DNA of 47,605 nt from Candidatus Aenigmatarchaeota archaeon (GCA_023137195.1 JAGLPV010000016.1:1-47605), one strand, 5' to 3'; shown: positions 19,386 to 30,245, counted from the first letter of the stretch. Program-made: numbers and translations. Notes: a model not told the origin generated them from the letters alone.

Positions 19386-20816
19386 ATGGAAAGAGAAGAA
19401 ATTTTACAAAACATTAAAAGCAAGATAAATTCCTCGAGGGAAAACATTGCTCAATGCAAAGACATTTTAATTGTCGGGCATCTGGATGCAGACGGAATCA
19501 GCTCAACTGCAATCGCAAAAAAGACATTTGAACACAATGGATTCAACGTCGACTACAGGGTAGTAAAACAGCTCGATAGTGTAATAATAAAAGATATTGA
19601 AAAAAGCAAAAAAGACCTCACTGTATTTGTAGACCTTGGTTCAGGACAGCTGGATAACATCAGCGACTACATCGAAAAAAACAAGATAATGGTTCTTGAC
19701 CACCACGATCCTTCCCAAAAAACACACCCAAATATTCTCCTTCATCTTAATGCCCATCTGCTCGGGATGGATGGCTCAAAGGAAATCAGCGGCTCGGGAA
19801 TGTGCTATTTATTTTCAAGATATTTTCTGGAAAAAGATGAGAATCTATCAAAAGAATTGCAGAAGATTGCAATAATAGGCATGATGGGAGATATGCAGTT
19901 AAGGGAAGGCGCTGTTGGAATGAACAAACACATAATCTCATGGGCAGAGGACAATGAAGTAGTGAGCGTAAAAAAAGACATCTGCTATTTTGGCAAACAG
20001 ACAAGACCAATATGTAAATTACTCGAATACGCAACAGACCCGATAATACCCACAATATCATTTAGCCCGGAAAATACAAAGGCATTTGTAGGCAGTGTAA
20101 TCAACCCGCGGGACAATGACAATTTCTGGAAAAGATGGATTGACCTGAGCCAGTCTGAAGTGCAGGACATTACAACAGGCATAATAAAACTTTTCCTGTC
20201 CAACAACAACGGCAGTGCAAAATTTGCATTAGACCAGTTGTTTTGCGAGACATACCAATTTTTGGACGAGACAAAAGGCACAGAATTCCGCGATGTGATG
20301 GAATTTTCAACAGTATTGAATGCCTGCGGAAGGCATGACAGATGGAAGGACGGCGTCGAGCTAATCGTCGGAAACAGGGACAATCTCCCGGTAATAAGCA
20401 CTTTGCTTGAAAATCACAGGAGATATCTTGCAGAGTCAATCGATATCATAAAAAAAGCCAAGATCAAAAAGATGAAGAACATCCAGGTATTTTTTGCAGG
20501 AAACCGGATAAAGCCAACAATTATCGGAACTGTTGCCGGTATGGCATTGGGCGCAAGAATACTGGACTATAGGATTCCGGTACTGGCAATATCAGATGAC
20601 ACAGACGACCCGGATTATTCTAAAGTATCTTCCAGGGGCAATAAAAAAATGGTCTGGAAGGGTTTAAGATTAAACACAGCAATGAAACTCTCTGAAAAAT
20701 TCGGCGGAGAAGGAGGCGGACACGATATTGCGGCAGGATGCAGAATCCCAAACAAAAACAAAGAGGCATTCCTCGAAGCCGTTGACGAATGCATCGGGGC
20801 GCAGATAAAAGGATAA
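19386..20816 (+). CDS. recJ: Archaeal RecJ/Cdc45-like DHH phosphoesterase (GAN type)
   Basis: HLDADG, FVDLGSG, LDHH, LNACGR and GGGHDIAAG. Confidence 0.88.
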   Translation: MEREEILQNIKSKINSSRENIAQCKDILIVGHLDADGISSTAIAKKTFEHNGFNVDYRVVKQLDSVIIKDIEKSKKDLTVFVDLGSGQLDNISDYIEKNKIMVLDHHDPSQKTHPNILLHLNAHLLGMDGSKEISGSGMCYLFSRYFLEKDENLSKELQKIAIIGMMGDMQLREGAVGMNKHIISWAEDNEVVSVKKDICYFGKQTRPICKLLEYATDPIIPTISFSPENTKAFVGSVINPRDNDNFWKRWIDLSQSEVQDITTGIIKLFLSNNNGSAKFALDQLFCETYQFLDETKGTEFRDVMEFSTVLNACGRHDRWKDGVELIVGNRDNLPVISTLLENHRRYLAESIDIIKKAKIKKMKNIQVFFAGNRIKPTIIGTVAGMALGARILDYRIPVLAISDDTDDPDYSKVSSRGNKKMVWKGLRLNTAMKLSEKFGGEGGGHDIAAGCRIPNKNKEAFLEAVDECIGAQIKG

Positions 20817-20817
20817 T

Positions 20818-21531
20818 ATGGATAATAAAAAAATTGTGATTTCCCTTGGAGGGTCACTCCTAAGCGACGATTTTACTTACCAACACATAGCCGAATACGT
20901 AACTGTATTTGAAAAGCTATATGATGAAGGATACAGTTTAACAGTAACTGTCGGCGGAGGCAGGAGCGCAAGAAAATACATAGATATCCTCTCTCAAAAA
21001 CAGATGAAAGAAAAGAAAGAAAAGCACATAAAATGCGACATGATTGCAGTAAGCGTCACCCACTCCAACGCACTTCTCTTAAAATACATGACCGATGACA
21101 AAAAGACATACCCGAAAATCCCAAAGTCAAATTTCGCAATAAAAACAGCAATAAAAACACAGCAGAAAACAAACAATATAATTTATTGCGGCGGCACAAA
21201 ACCATTCCAGTCCACAGACGGTGTTGCAAGTTTCTGCGCACTTAATTCAGGCGCAGAGTTAATAATCAATGCAACAAACATAGACGGCGTCTATGACAAA
21301 AACCCAAAAGAAGACTCTAATGCAAAAAAAATAGACAAATTATCTTACGAAGAATTCAGAAAAATCATCGCCCCCAACCCCCAATCCCCGGGAAAATATG
21401 CTCTTTTTGATTTAAAGGCAATACCGCTCCTGGAAAACCAAAAGATAAAGCTGGTAATTCTAGACGGCAGAGACCCGCAAAATATTCTAAAGGCAGTAAA
21501 AGGAAACAAATCAGGAAGTTTAATTTCCTGA
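20818..21531 (+). CDS. pyrH: Uridylate kinase
   Basis: VISLGGS, VGGGRSARKYI, STD and NIDGVYDKNP. Confidence 0.93.
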   Translation: MDNKKIVISLGGSLLSDDFTYQHIAEYVTVFEKLYDEGYSLTVTVGGGRSARKYIDILSQKQMKEKKEKHIKCDMIAVSVTHSNALLLKYMTDDKKTYPKIPKSNFAIKTAIKTQQKTNNIIYCGGTKPFQSTDGVASFCALNSGAELIINATNIDGVYDKNPKEDSNAKKIDKLSYEEFRKIIAPNPQSPGKYALFDLKAIPLLENQKIKLVILDGRDPQNILKAVKGNKSGSLIS

Positions 21532-21536
21532 ACGCA

Positions 21537-22148
21537 TCATCTCCAAGGTCGCCACAAATTAAGTTTATATTTTATAGCCGCCAGTCTCAGGACAAAACAG
21601 GAGAATAAAAGCACATACACATATCTCATATCCTCCCTATACCCACCACATGCCGCATAAACCACACCAAAGAGTATTGCCACAGAAGCATAAAAATCAT
21701 GATAGAGAATTTCCGGCATGGTGTTCATAGCAATATCCCTCAACATACCACCACCAATAGCAGTAATTGTTGCGCAAAATACAATGGCAAAGAAGCCCAG
21801 TCCCAATTCATTTGCTTTGGATGCACCGATAAAAGCAAAAGTCACAAGTCCGACAGAATCCACTACAAGCATCCCCTTGTTGATTTTATAAAACAAATTA
21901 TATGCAACTATAGAAAATACAATTGCCGAGATAATAGTAAAAACATAATTGTTGTCATAAAAATAAAACGGAACATTCCCAAGAAAAAGTTCCCTGATGG
22001 TTCCGCCACCCAGAGCCGTCAAAAAAGCACAGACAAAGACGCCAAAGATATCAAACTTCTTTTTTATGGCAAAATAACTGCCGTAAGTTGCAAACGCAAA
22101 TGTTCCCAACAAATCCAGCATATAAATTTCATTGAGCATATAAATCAT
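21537..22148 (-). CDS. Trimeric intracellular cation channel / UPF0126 family membrane protein
   Basis: LDLLGTFAFA..G, TALGGGTIRE and TAIGGGMLRD tandem repeats. Confidence 0.9.
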   Translation of the reverse strand: MIYMLNEIYMLDLLGTFAFATYGSYFAIKKKFDIFGVFVCAFLTALGGGTIRELFLGNVPFYFYDNNYVFTIISAIVFSIVAYNLFYKINKGMLVVDSVGLVTFAFIGASKANELGLGFFAIVFCATITAIGGGMLRDIAMNTMPEILYHDFYASVAILFGVVYAACGGYREDMRYVYVLLFSCFVLRLAAIKYKLNLWRPWR

Positions 22149-22310
22149 CAGACAATATCTTTATGAAACTTTTTACATTGTATATAAAGTGTAAATTTCG
22201 CAAGGAACTTTAGATATCAACATGAAAATTTTTTCTTCATTTTCGTTAAAAAATTTGCTTGAATACAATTCATAAAATACTTTTTTATATTTCATATCTA
22301 TTTATTTACA

Positions 22311-23192
22311 ATGAAAAAACAAAAAGACAAAGATGAATCTTCTTTGGAATCAATCAGGACAGAACTCAGCGACTCAGGAAAATTGCTGGAGCGTATGAGT
22401 ATAGCCGTTGCAAATGGACTGATAGATAAAGATTTTTATAAAAAAACAGAAAAAAAGATTGCCTCTGATTTGCTAAGTACATATGTCCAGCAGAAAAGAG
22501 TGGATTTTCTGGAATCACAGAAATCTCTTTGCTCGAAAAAAGAGTTGAAGGAAAAACTAAACGAAGATGTAAAGGAAATTCTAAAGAAAGCCAAAAAGAA
22601 AGTTAAGATTTCAAGAAAAAAAATACTGGAAAGAAAAAAACAGGTTTTAAAAGAAGAGGACAAAAAAATATTGTCTGATATCCCCGTATTAAGAGAGTTG
22701 TTTTTGAGAAATGCAATCGACAAAAAAGACTATGTGGCGGCAATGGAGTCCATAGAAAAGGAGCATGAAAAAATCGAGAAGCAATTATACGATTACATGA
22801 AGCAGGAAGACATGGAAAGGTTAAAAAAGAAGGTAAATGCCCTAATACACAGGCACCTGAAAAAAAGCCTGCTAAAAAAAGAAACAGATGAACTTGCCCT
22901 GGAACTCTCGAACCTGGAAGTTCTTTTTGAAAACAAGTTGATTTCACAGGAATTGTATGCCAGCAAATGCCACCTCATAAGAAACAAGGTAAACCTATAT
23001 GAGAGCCTTGCTTCAAAAATAGACGTTGTTTTTGATTTATATTCAAAGGTTGTGGATTCTGTAAAGCAGGAAGAAAAAAATCTTCAAAAAAACCTCGCTA
23101 AAGACACAAATATACAGGACAGTCAAAAAAAGAAAGTAGAGGAAGAAAAAAGAAGAGTTATCAATAAAATAAAAGAACTAACTGCGGATTAG
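22311..23192 (+). CDS. Hypothetical Lys/Glu-rich coiled-coil protein
   Basis: 293-aa ORF; repeated 'GLIDKDFY / NAIDKKDY / KLISQELY' SHOCT-like motifs. Confidence 0.7.
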   Translation: MKKQKDKDESSLESIRTELSDSGKLLERMSIAVANGLIDKDFYKKTEKKIASDLLSTYVQQKRVDFLESQKSLCSKKELKEKLNEDVKEILKKAKKKVKISRKKILERKKQVLKEEDKKILSDIPVLRELFLRNAIDKKDYVAAMESIEKEHEKIEKQLYDYMKQEDMERLKKKVNALIHRHLKKSLLKKETDELALELSNLEVLFENKLISQELYASKCHLIRNKVNLYESLASKIDVVFDLYSKVVDSVKQEEKNLQKNLAKDTNIQDSQKKKVEEEKRRVINKIKELTAD

Positions 23193-23941
23193 CTGAAATA
23201 CTTATCAATCTTTATCTCTCCTTTGTCTGTTTTTTTGAATAGTTTAGTAGTGCGTTGAACCAACTGATTAAAATGAACAAGACCAAAAACACGCGAATCC
23301 ACTAAAAATCCGCCCTTTATATCTGCATTGTCTGACAAAACAAGACAGTAATCTTTTGGGATAACACCATTATTTGTTAATCTTAAAATATGCTCCTGCT
23401 CAAAGTCAAAAAAATTATGTCTGTAATGCATATTTGAGCCATCAATATACAAATATCCATTTCTGAACTCTATTTTATTAAACGGAACTGCCTTTATTCT
23501 TTTTCCAAGCATGGCGTGACCGGTTAAAAGGGGATTATTATATATATCATCAGATAGATTGTCCTTTTCTTTAGCCTCCATTTTCCGTTTTATATTTTTT
23601 TCAATATAAAAGATAGATGTATTAATAGAATCCTGAGCCCATGAAGGATCAAATGCAATCCCGACGATATGCCCTATTTCCGGTTGAAAATGATTGTAAT
23701 AATTATGGTCTCCTTCTACTATGCCCGAACTTGGAAGTGTCGGTTGCATGGAGGCTCCTTCTATCGGAACAATTCTTTTCTTTGATTTATACAACAATGT
23801 TGCAATAACAGATGCTATCAAAATGACGACGACAACTTCAATCGGAAAACTACCCGTATCAATGCTTGAAAGTGAAGAAAAATCATAAGATTGGGAAAAT
23901 GTCTGTTTTGGAAGCTCAAATGTCGGCAATTCAAATGCCAT
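23189..23941 (-). CDS. Signal peptidase I (S26), bacterial P-type (Ser-Lys)
   Basis: TM helix, then GASMQPTL, KRIKAVP...NGYLYIDG and VLSDN...DSRVFG. Confidence 0.8.
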   Translation of the reverse strand: MAFELPTFELPKQTFSQSYDFSSLSSIDTGSFPIEVVVVILIASVIATLLYKSKKRIVPIEGASMQPTLPSSGIVEGDHNYYNHFQPEIGHIVGIAFDPSWAQDSINTSIFYIEKNIKRKMEAKEKDNLSDDIYNNPLLTGHAMLGKRIKAVPFNKIEFRNGYLYIDGSNMHYRHNFFDFEQEHILRLTNNGVIPKDYCLVLSDNADIKGGFLVDSRVFGLVHFNQLVQRTTKLFKKTDKGEIKIDKYFS

Positions 23942-23945
23942 AAAT

Positions 23946-24959
23946 CTACATATCTTCTACGCCGTTAGATGTTATCTTATATAGGATTTCCCCATCAGGC
24001 AAATTAGGACTGTCAACCAGTTTTGCAACTCTGGTATCCCCTTTACTTTTCCTTAAATATATCCTGAAAGTCGCCGCATGATGCAGTACATGACCGCCTA
24101 CTGCCTGTGTCGGGTCCCCGAACATCATATCCGGTTTCGACATGACCTGGTTTGTAATATATACCACAAGGTTGAAACCATCTGCCAGTTTGCTCAAAAC
24201 GTGAAGATGCTTGTTTAATTTTTGCTGCCTGTCTGCCAGGCTTCCACGCCCGACATAATCAGACCTGAAGTGGCTCATCAAAGAGTCTACAATTATCAGC
24301 TTGATATTTTTTTCCTTTATCATATCCTTTGCCTTTTCAACAAGCAGCATCTGGTGGTCGCTGTTGTATGCCTTACCGACAAAAATATTTGAAAGCACTT
24401 TTTTCTCATCAAGACCTTTTGCTCTTGCCATCTCTATTATCCTTTCTGGTCTGAATGTGTGTTCTGTATCAACATAAAGGCATGCACCGTTTGCGCCGCC
24501 GTCCGCCCTGGGGCACTGGACATTCACTGACAACTGGTGAGCAAGCTGGGTTTTTGCAGAGCCGAATGCTCCATAGCATTCTGTGATTGATCCGCTCTCA
24601 AATCCTCCTCCGAGAAGTTCATCAAAAGAATTGCTTCCTGTTGTTATCTTGATTATATCCTTCCTTTTTTCAAGCACTTCCAGCCCTGTTTCATATCCCA
24701 TGCTAAGCATAGCACGGGCAGCCGCAATAACTTTATTTGCTGTAGGAACACCAATCTCGCAAATTGCACTTATTTCTGATGCGCTTGCAGTTGCAATCGC
24801 CATAATGTCGCTGTAGCCCGTCTCTTTTAATTTCTCTGCTGTCTTCGGACCAACGCCGGGAATTGAATCTATCTGTATTTCTTCTTCTTCCTTTTTTGTA
24901 GAATTATCTTCTGGTTCTTCTACTATTTCATCCAATGGTTTTTCTGTTGTTTCTTCCAT
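23946..24959 (-). CDS. radA: DNA repair and recombination protein RadA
   Basis: N-terminal HhH (IPGVGPKTA), GAFGSAKTQ, DTEHTFRPER and RGSLADRQQKL. Confidence 0.97.
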   Translation of the reverse strand: MEETTEKPLDEIVEEPEDNSTKKEEEEIQIDSIPGVGPKTAEKLKETGYSDIMAIATASASEISAICEIGVPTANKVIAAARAMLSMGYETGLEVLEKRKDIIKITTGSNSFDELLGGGFESGSITECYGAFGSAKTQLAHQLSVNVQCPRADGGANGACLYVDTEHTFRPERIIEMARAKGLDEKKVLSNIFVGKAYNSDHQMLLVEKAKDMIKEKNIKLIIVDSLMSHFRSDYVGRGSLADRQQKLNKHLHVLSKLADGFNLVVYITNQVMSKPDMMFGDPTQAVGGHVLHHAATFRIYLRKSKGDTRVAKLVDSPNLPDGEILYKITSNGVEDM

Positions 24960-25296
24960 AAATTTTAATGCATTATAATTTTAAAAGATTTTATGTTTAC
25001 TATTCTTAGATATATCGCGGCACAAAAGTAATCATGGAAGTTTCCTTACAATCCATACTACTTCTAAGCTTTTGTTCTTGTTTCCTTGCAGTTATGCAAC
25101 AACAACAAAATGCAAGTAATGTGGCGTGATATAATCTCAAACGCAATTGTATTACTTGTTGTGATAATTGCGTCTTCGAATATATTTGCCTGCTTAACTT
25201 TTGAATTTTATTCGCAGTCAAATATACAAGTAGAATACATAAATACTATATGAATGTCAAGTATATCTTTATATTATTTATGTGTTTTGCTATAAT

Positions 25297-26592
25297 ATGT
25301 TTGATTTAAAAAAATTGGCGCTGGACGTCTGCGATACCCTTAAGATATCACAAAAGGATAATGAAAATATTGAAAAAGCAAGGAATGAATTTGGGTCTGG
25401 CTTTATTGACCAACTTCTTCAAAAAAAGAATTTTGAACTCAACGGGTTTTTAGATGATGAATTAAAGACAATAGAAAAGCTAAGGCATCCTGATTACGGT
25501 CCATTAATATACAAGATAGACAACACATACTACACCAAGGAAAAGGTTTCAGAAAATATAAGGATAAGATATGTTTTTGAGTCAGAAGAGTGCTTTGCAT
25601 TAGCAAAAATAATAAGAGAAGAATGTTACAGGAGAGGATGCACTTGCGCCATAATACCTCTTTTCGAGGGAGACCAAAAAGAATATCTCTCTATGATTCC
25701 CGAGGACGTTCTGTTTGAATTAAATCCAATGTCGATTGCAATTGCCAAAAACATGGATGTAAGCATATTCATCGGAGACATAAGCGACCCGAACTGGTCA
25801 AAAGGTCTTGAAAAAAAGATTTCGATGAGCTCTCATTCAAATATGATTTTCTGGGGCATTTACGAAAAATTCAACATCCGCGGTGCTTTGCTGGCACTGC
25901 CTGTTGAAAGAAAAGAGACCTATGTTTCAAAAGACAAATACCGGCAGGTTTTTTACGACAGTCTTTTGGCAAGTTTTTCAGATGAAATGAGAACACTAAT
26001 TGACATTTACGAAAAAAAACTAAAAGATATAGATACAATAAGGATTGTTGCAGATGACGGCACAGACCTTTCCTTTTCCATAAAAGACAGAAAAATCCTG
26101 CGCGACGATAAATATGCAGCCACCAAAAAAAAGAGCGAGACATACAATTTCCCCACAGGAGAAGTATTTGTTGCGCCGGTTGAAACTTCTGCAAACGGCA
26201 GGATAATTTTTGATTATGTCACACCAAGAGGATTTGGTCTGATTGAAAATCTCGACATTACTTTTAAGGACGGCAAAGTATCAGAGTACACAGCAAAAGG
26301 TGACGGTGCAGAAAAGTTCAAAAAATTCCTTGATGCAAACACCGGCGAGAAAGACCGCATTGCAGAACTGGGAATAGGATGCAATCCCAAAGCAGAATTC
26401 ATAGGAACCACAATAGTGGACGAAAAGATATTCGGCAGCATACACATCGCCATAGGATTCAATCTCGGCTCATTCCAGGGGAAAAATCAGGCATCTTCGC
26501 ACCAGGATATGATAAAGATTATGAAAGACCGAGGTGGGTGCCTTTACGCAGACGGGAAAATGATAATGAAAGACGGTATGCCTCTTGACTGA
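25297..26592 (+). CDS. M29-family (thermophilic) aminopeptidase
   Basis: NFPTGEVF, IAELGIGxNP, DEKIFGSIHIAIG and SxxHQD. Confidence 0.88.
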   Translation: MFDLKKLALDVCDTLKISQKDNENIEKARNEFGSGFIDQLLQKKNFELNGFLDDELKTIEKLRHPDYGPLIYKIDNTYYTKEKVSENIRIRYVFESEECFALAKIIREECYRRGCTCAIIPLFEGDQKEYLSMIPEDVLFELNPMSIAIAKNMDVSIFIGDISDPNWSKGLEKKISMSSHSNMIFWGIYEKFNIRGALLALPVERKETYVSKDKYRQVFYDSLLASFSDEMRTLIDIYEKKLKDIDTIRIVADDGTDLSFSIKDRKILRDDKYAATKKKSETYNFPTGEVFVAPVETSANGRIIFDYVTPRGFGLIENLDITFKDGKVSEYTAKGDGAEKFKKFLDANTGEKDRIAELGIGCNPKAEFIGTTIVDEKIFGSIHIAIGFNLGSFQGKNQASSHQDMIKIMKDRGGCLYADGKMIMKDGMPLD

Positions 26593-26635
26593 TTGTTTTA
26601 GATGAATATATAAATATTGGTCTTTAATATCTCTT

Positions 26636-27538
26636 ATGGAATTTATAAAATCAGGAAAAGTAAAGCAGATATACGATGCAGGAGAAAAGGAACTGGAATT
26701 TTTTTTTACAGACAATGTCTCTGTTTACGACTGCATCATACCGAGCAAAATTCCTCACAAGGGAGAGACGCTTTGCAGGGAAAGCGCATTCTGGTTTGAA
26801 AAATTAAATAAAATCGGGATAAAAAGTCATTTTATCCGACTGGCGGCGCCAGACAAGATGAGAGTAAAAAAAGTGGATGTAATCTATGATTATGACAAAA
26901 TAACTTCTAAAACAGTCAATTATTTAATTCCCCTGGAGGTAATCGCCAGGTATTATGTTGCAGGGTCTTTGTTCAGGAGAGTACAGGCAGGAAAAATAAG
27001 CGCAGCACAGCTGGGCTTTGAAGAAGGATACACCGTAAAATACGGCGACAAACTACCTCGTCCTTTTATCGAGTGCACAACAAAACTAGAGGAATATGAC
27101 AAAGAACTCACCGATGAAGAGGCAGTTAAAATGGCAAGCCTCTCCCCCGAAGAATTTGACAATCTCAAAAAAACCATACTAAAGACAGATGAATTAATCT
27201 CCCAAACAATAGAAAAAAACAATTTAATCCACGTCGACGGTAAAAAAGAATTTGCATTCGACGAAAACAGGAATCTAATGATAATAGACACTTTCGGCAC
27301 AACCGACGAAGACAGGTTCTGGGACAAGGCAGAATACGAAAAAGGAAATATCGTCGAACTGAGCAAAGAATTTGTAAGAGAATATTATACAAAAACCGGA
27401 TTTAAAGACGAGTTGGATAAAGCAAGACAGGAAGGAAAAGAAATCCCGAAGATACCTCCTTTGCCGGACGAATTAATAGATAAAACAAGCAAACTCTACA
27501 CCGATATGTTTGAGAAGCTGACCGGAGAAGCGTTTTAA
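26636..27538 (+). CDS. purC: Phosphoribosylaminoimidazole-succinocarboxamide (SAICAR) synthase
   Basis: GKVKQIY, IPHKG, IPLEVIAR, VDGKKEFA, DEDRFW and SKEFVR. Confidence 0.95.
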   Translation: MEFIKSGKVKQIYDAGEKELEFFFTDNVSVYDCIIPSKIPHKGETLCRESAFWFEKLNKIGIKSHFIRLAAPDKMRVKKVDVIYDYDKITSKTVNYLIPLEVIARYYVAGSLFRRVQAGKISAAQLGFEEGYTVKYGDKLPRPFIECTTKLEEYDKELTDEEAVKMASLSPEEFDNLKKTILKTDELISQTIEKNNLIHVDGKKEFAFDENRNLMIIDTFGTTDEDRFWDKAEYEKGNIVELSKEFVREYYTKTGFKDELDKARQEGKEIPKIPPLPDELIDKTSKLYTDMFEKLTGEAF

Positions 27539-27558
27539 TACTCTTTTTTAAGAGGTGT

Positions 27559-28638
27559 ATGTCTATGAGTGAAAATCTATCTCCTGCTGATTTTATCGGA
27601 GTTTGCGGCGATGGGATAATATCCTTTGGTTCAGGTCAACCCGATCTCCCTCCTCCAAAAGAAGTCTATAAAATATTGCCCAATTATTCTGATTTCAAGT
27701 ACGGTCTTATACAGGGAAATGCCAATCTGAGAGAAGTCCTGGCAAAACAATACCCTTCTTCAACACCAGACAGTTTTGTTGTTACTAACGGCGCGTCTGA
27801 AGCCCTTGATTTAACCCTGAGAGTTATCTCAGCAAAGGCAGGCAAAGGAAAAAATAAAGTCCTGCTGCCAAAACCATATTACTATTCATACCCACACATG
27901 ATAAAATTCGCCGGTATGGAGCCCGTGTTTACAGAGCTGATTGACGGAAGAATAGATTTTGATGACTTTAAAGAAAAAATAAAGGAATGCAGTGCAGTTA
28001 TAATTAATTCTCCATCCAACCCCACAGGCAGAGTTGAGTCAATAAAAACCCTAAAGCAAATCGAAAAAATAACAGAAGAGTTGGGCGTTTATGTATTGTC
28101 TGACGAGGTCTACAAGGATTTGATATATACCCGGGAAAACTACCTGATAAAAGGACCTCGTGTTGTGACAATAAATTCTTTCTCAAAGACATACGCCATG
28201 TGCGGATTCAGGGTAGGGTATTTATGGTCTCGTGACCAGGAACTGGTTGATGAAGTCATAAAGATAAAGACCCACACTTCAATGAACACCAACATTTTAG
28301 GACAGGAAATGGCATACGAAGCCGCGACAAAAGTCCCCCGAAGCTTTATAGACAACCAGTTAAAAATATGGGAAGCAAGAAGGGATATGATTTACGAAGG
28401 GCTGGTAAATCTCGGTTTAGACCTATGGAAGCCAGAAGGAGCTTTTTATGTCCTGCCAAAAATCAAGAATCCAAAAGATTTCGTGATGGAGATGTTCAAA
28501 AAACACAAAGTGATAACCTATCCCGGCGAATGGTTTGGAGCACCCGACAGAGTAAGGTTTTCTTATGCTCTGGACATTGAAAACATTGAAGAAGGCTTAA
28601 GAAGAGTAAAGAAGTATTTAGACGAGCACGGGAATTAA
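27559..28638 (+). CDS. PLP-dependent aminotransferase class I/II
   Basis: NSPSNPTG, SDEVY, SFSKTYAMCGFRVG and PEGAFY. Confidence 0.95.
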   Translation: MSMSENLSPADFIGVCGDGIISFGSGQPDLPPPKEVYKILPNYSDFKYGLIQGNANLREVLAKQYPSSTPDSFVVTNGASEALDLTLRVISAKAGKGKNKVLLPKPYYYSYPHMIKFAGMEPVFTELIDGRIDFDDFKEKIKECSAVIINSPSNPTGRVESIKTLKQIEKITEELGVYVLSDEVYKDLIYTRENYLIKGPRVVTINSFSKTYAMCGFRVGYLWSRDQELVDEVIKIKTHTSMNTNILGQEMAYEAATKVPRSFIDNQLKIWEARRDMIYEGLVNLGLDLWKPEGAFYVLPKIKNPKDFVMEMFKKHKVITYPGEWFGAPDRVRFSYALDIENIEEGLRRVKKYLDEHGN

Positions 28639-28698
28639 GAACCGAAAATTATATAAGTGTCAACCAAATATATCCATATAATCAAAAGGAGGTGAAAT

Positions 28699-28998
28699 AT
28701 GGTTAAGAAAAGAAATATTTTGGTGGTGTACTTGTTGACTATAGTAACATTCGGACTTTACGGAATATACTGGACAATTTCAACAAAAACAGAAATGAAC
28801 GAGCTTGGAGCAGAAATCCCAACAGCATGGTTGATGATTATTCCTATCGTTAATCTATACTGGTTATATAAATATTGTGAAGGATTTGCGACAAAAGTCA
28901 AGAAAGACAACAATACTGTTTTATGGTTTGTAGTATATCTGTTCATAGGTATAGTTATGCCGTTCATAATACAATCAGAACTGAACAAATTAGCATAA
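28699..28998 (+). CDS. DUF4234-like small membrane protein
   Basis: LLTIVTFGLYGIYW...IQSELNK; Shine-Dalgarno AGGAGGTGA upstream. Confidence 0.8.
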   Translation: MVKKRNILVVYLLTIVTFGLYGIYWTISTKTEMNELGAEIPTAWLMIIPIVNLYWLYKYCEGFATKVKKDNNTVLWFVVYLFIGIVMPFIIQSELNKLA

Positions 28999-28999
28999 T

Positions 29000-29040
29000 T
29001 TAACTATTTTTTTAATTATTTTTCTTTAATTTTCTTGTTT
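29000..29040 (+). terminator. Oligo-T tract, possible archaeal terminator
   Basis: Multiple T runs immediately after the stop at 28998. Confidence 0.35.
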
Positions 29041-29127
29041 ATCAATTCATATCTAAAAAATACTTTTATTCCAATTTTATTCTTTTCAGGAAAATAATAT
29101 AAATCTGAACAAATAATATCATATAAG

Positions 29128-29706
29128 ATGACAAGAATAAACGCAACCGGAAAAAAAGCCCAGATGTATCTGGCAGGAGGATTCATGCTATTTATAGTTT
29201 TATCTCTTTTTATCGTATCCCATATTTACAGGAATATCATAATAGTCCCGGACTATATGCCCCAAAACATTGCATCAGAATTTCAAAGGTCATTAAATGC
29301 ATTATTTATTGAAAACAACAGCATCGCATACATCAATTCCGGTCTGGATGATTATTCCCTTCTTATCGGGAATTTCACCAAATCAAAAGCCTACGGGCTC
29401 CGGGCATACTACGTTGTGGTAATGCCCAATGTCAGTGTGATATTCGGGAATTATTTCAATGAAACAATAGCCAATGTCAGCATATCAGTAAATAATGAAA
29501 CCCTGTCGCAGTCAATGCCTCCAAGAACCAGCCAAGTATTTTATTTCAATGCTTCAGGTTCAGACATATTAAATTTCACCTACTCTTTTTTTGCAGATTC
29601 AAAAACATTTGAAAAAAACAAGACAATCCAAAATACAATGTTTTATGTCCATTGGATAAAATTAACAACAGCCAATGATGTAATCATCAAAGAAGTTGTT
29701 GAATAG
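29128..29706 (+). CDS. Pilin-like protein with class III signal peptide
   Basis: KKAQ followed by a hydrophobic stretch; many N-glycosylation sequons. Confidence 0.65.
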   Translation: MTRINATGKKAQMYLAGGFMLFIVLSLFIVSHIYRNIIIVPDYMPQNIASEFQRSLNALFIENNSIAYINSGLDDYSLLIGNFTKSKAYGLRAYYVVVMPNVSVIFGNYFNETIANVSISVNNETLSQSMPPRTSQVFYFNASGSDILNFTYSFFADSKTFEKNKTIQNTMFYVHWIKLTTANDVIIKEVVE

Positions 29707-29771
29707 AGTCCATATTGTCAAAGCCTGTTCTTGCGCCGAAACCATTATAATAATTTCTATATATTTTACCT

Positions 29772-30245
29772 ATGAATTCTTCAATAATGAAAGGTTTTAG
29801 TTTTGGTCTAACCTCCGGAATCATAACTACTTTAGGACTTATGGTAGGATTATATTCCTCTACTTCTTCAAGACTCGTAGTTATTGGCGGTATTATTACA
29901 ATAGCAATAGCAGACGCCCTTTCAGATGCTTTAGGGATTCATATATCTGAAGAAGCAGAAAATGTGCATACGGATAAAGAAATATGGGCGGCGACAATAG
30001 TTACTTTTATATCCAAATTTGTTTTTTCATTGACTTTTTTAATTCCTGTTCTGTTGCTTCCTCTTTCTGTTGCAATGATTGTTGGCATAATATGGGGATT
30101 CTCAACCATAGCAATATTTAGTTATTATATTGCCGGGCAACAAAAAATAAAACCCCATATAGCAGTCACAGAACATCTACTCATTGCAGGTATAGTTGTT
30201 GTTGTAACTTATTATGTGGGATTGTGGGTGGCTGCTTTTTGTTAG
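29772..30245 (+). CDS. VIT1/CCC1-like membrane protein
   Basis: FGLTSGIITTLG...ADALSDALGIHISEE. Confidence 0.8.
   Translation: MNSSIMKGFSFGLTSGIITTLGLMVGLYSSTSSRLVVIGGIITIAIADALSDALGIHISEEAENVHTDKEIWAATIVTFISKFVFSLTFLIPVLLLPLSVAMIVGIIWGFSTIAIFSYYIAGQQKIKPHIAVTEHLLIAGIVVVVTYYVGLWVAAFC

Noticed and set aside
25006-25221. 71-aa ORF containing CCCC
   Set aside because: Non-ATG start, no recognisable motif, and the Cys run comes from a CAA microsatellite on the other strand.
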